Below, one piece after another: positions 17,679 through 18,713 of a DNA stretch of 18,713 bases. Below the pieces are notes generated by a model. The model saw only the letters and a program-made list of their open reading frames with translations, ran no database searches and had not been told where the DNA came from. A program made the position numbers and the translations under genes. The stretch is from a bacterium (GTDB lineage: Bacteria > Methylomirabilota > Methylomirabilia > CAVQYV01). Within the stretch, counting starts at the first letter, position 1; every line of letters starts with the position of its first letter. The stretch is from assembly GCA_043800755.1 (NCBI GenBank), contig JAZDMQ010000079.1, positions 1 through 18,713 on the forward strand, in the 5' to 3' direction.

Positions 17679-18332
17679 ATGGAAGTCGAGCAGCGACTGT
17701 TCGTCCGTTTTGGGAAGGAAATCCCGAAAGGCACCATCCTGTTTTGGGAGAATGAGCCCGGGCAGGAGATGTACATCATTCAGTCGGGGAAGGTCAAGAT
17801 CAGCAAGAAGGTGCGAGATGTGGAAAAGACGCTGGTCATCCTGGGGAAAGGGGACTTCTTTGGAGAGATGTCCATCTTGAACAATAAGCCGCGTTCCGCC
17901 ACTGCCGAGGTGATCGAGGACGCGCGACTCTTGGTCATCGACTCTCAAACCTTCGAGGTCATGGTGCGGAGCAATACCGAGATCGCGGTGCGCCTCATCA
18001 AGAATCTGGCCGCCCGGCTGCAGGAGGCTGACTATCAGATCGAGAGTCTTCTGCTCCGCGATAATACCAGCAGATTGGTGAACACCCTGGCCAAACTCGC
18101 CACCCGGCAAGGCCAAAGGACAACGCAGGGCATTCAGATCCATTACCGTCCTGAGGACTTGGCCAGTGAGGCCGGGATCCCTTCCGACCAAGTGGAGGGA
18201 ATTGTGAAGAAGTTGGCCAACGCCCGCATTCTGCGAGTCGAGGAGGATCAGATCATCATCACCAGTCAGGATCTCTTGGAAAGATTCCTCCGGTACTTAG
18301 AGATGAAGGAGCAGTTTGAACATCTCTCTTGA
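17679..18332 (+). CDS. Crp/Fnr-family protein (cNMP-binding domain + C-terminal HTH-like domain)
   Basis: LF.E.EPG.EMYII.SG.V.I and phosphate-binding cassette GDFFGEMSIL...PRSATA, then a C-helix and HTH-like EDLASEAGI...QV. SD GGAGGT 17667-17672. Confidence 0.9.
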   Translation: MEVEQRLFVRFGKEIPKGTILFWENEPGQEMYIIQSGKVKISKKVRDVEKTLVILGKGDFFGEMSILNNKPRSATAEVIEDARLLVIDSQTFEVMVRSNTEIAVRLIKNLAARLQEADYQIESLLLRDNTSRLVNTLAKLATRQGQRTTQGIQIHYRPEDLASEAGIPSDQVEGIVKKLANARILRVEEDQIIITSQDLLERFLRYLEMKEQFEHLS

Positions 18333-18343
18333 GAGAAACCTCC

Positions 18344-18713
18344 ATGCCCCCCCTGAGGCTGAAGCTTAAAAACCCGGCCTTCTTCATCGGTCTGTTGACC
18401 CTCTTGGGAGTGGTCCTCCTCTATTTCCTGGGGTTCGAATTCCTGGGGATCGTGGAGCTCAAGATCCTGGACGCCCACTTTCGCTTGCGAGGCCCCCTGG
18501 CGCCCGGAGACGAGGTAGTTATTGCCGCGGTGGACGAGAAGAGCCTCGATCGATTGGGTCGCTGGCCCTGGTCCCGTTCCAAGCTCTCCGAGCTGATCAA
18601 TTACCTCTCCCACGCAAAGGCCAAGGTGGTGACCTTCGATATCATCTTCTCTGAGCCCGACCTGAATTCGGAACTCCAGGGGGTTAGATCCCTAAAAGAA
18701 GAATTCCTACGAT
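18344..18713 (+). CDS. Membrane-anchored CHASE2-domain sensor, 3'-truncated (output domain, possibly adenylate/guanylate cyclase, outside the window)
   Basis: Manual translation from ATG 18344: MPPLRLKLKNPAFFIGLLTLLGVVLLYFLG (TM), then ELKILDAHFRLRGP, VVIAAVDEKSLDRLGRWPWSR and AKVVTFDIIFSEPD, the hallmark CHASE2 motifs. Open to the window end and absent from the ORF track. Confidence 0.88.
   Translation, partial: MPPLRLKLKNPAFFIGLLTLLGVVLLYFLGFEFLGIVELKILDAHFRLRGPLAPGDEVVIAAVDEKSLDRLGRWPWSRSKLSELINYLSHAKAKVVTFDIIFSEPDLNSELQGVRSLKEEFLR

Noticed and set aside
1..18713. Mobile elements, CRISPR arrays, defence systems, tRNA/rRNA, T-box
   Set aside because: I saw no transposase or integrase ORFs, regularly spaced repeats, cloverleaf or T-box consensus, and the intergenic gaps are all under 250 nt.

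Overview
Bacterial chromosomal housekeeping region, moderately GC-rich, almost entirely on the + strand. The gene order resembles Deltaproteobacteria-like lineages, but taxonomy cannot be fixed from the sequence. Order: 5'-truncated GAF-GGDEF diguanylate cyclase, leuS, lptE, holA, rpsT (minus strand, convergent), murJ (divergent from rpsT), trxA, a complete trp operon with an extra TrpB2 (trpE-G-D-C-B2-F-B1-A), then a cyclic-nucleotide signalling cluster: GAF-GAF-HD-GYP phosphodiesterase, Crp/Fnr-family cNMP-binding protein and a 3'-truncated membrane CHASE2 sensor that the ORF track misses. I saw no mobile element, CRISPR array, rRNA or tRNA. Most notable: (1) closely related PDE/CyaB-type GAF domains on both the c-di-GMP synthase and the hydrolase, the latter next to Crp and CHASE2, suggesting cNMP/c-di-GMP cross-talk; (2) holA apparently starting at a non-canonical ATC behind a perfect SD; (3) a candidate single-Trp leader peptide coupled to trxA ahead of trpE; (4) a probable internal promoter in the AT-rich 5' end of trpG; (5) trpB2 embedded in the operon alongside trpB1.
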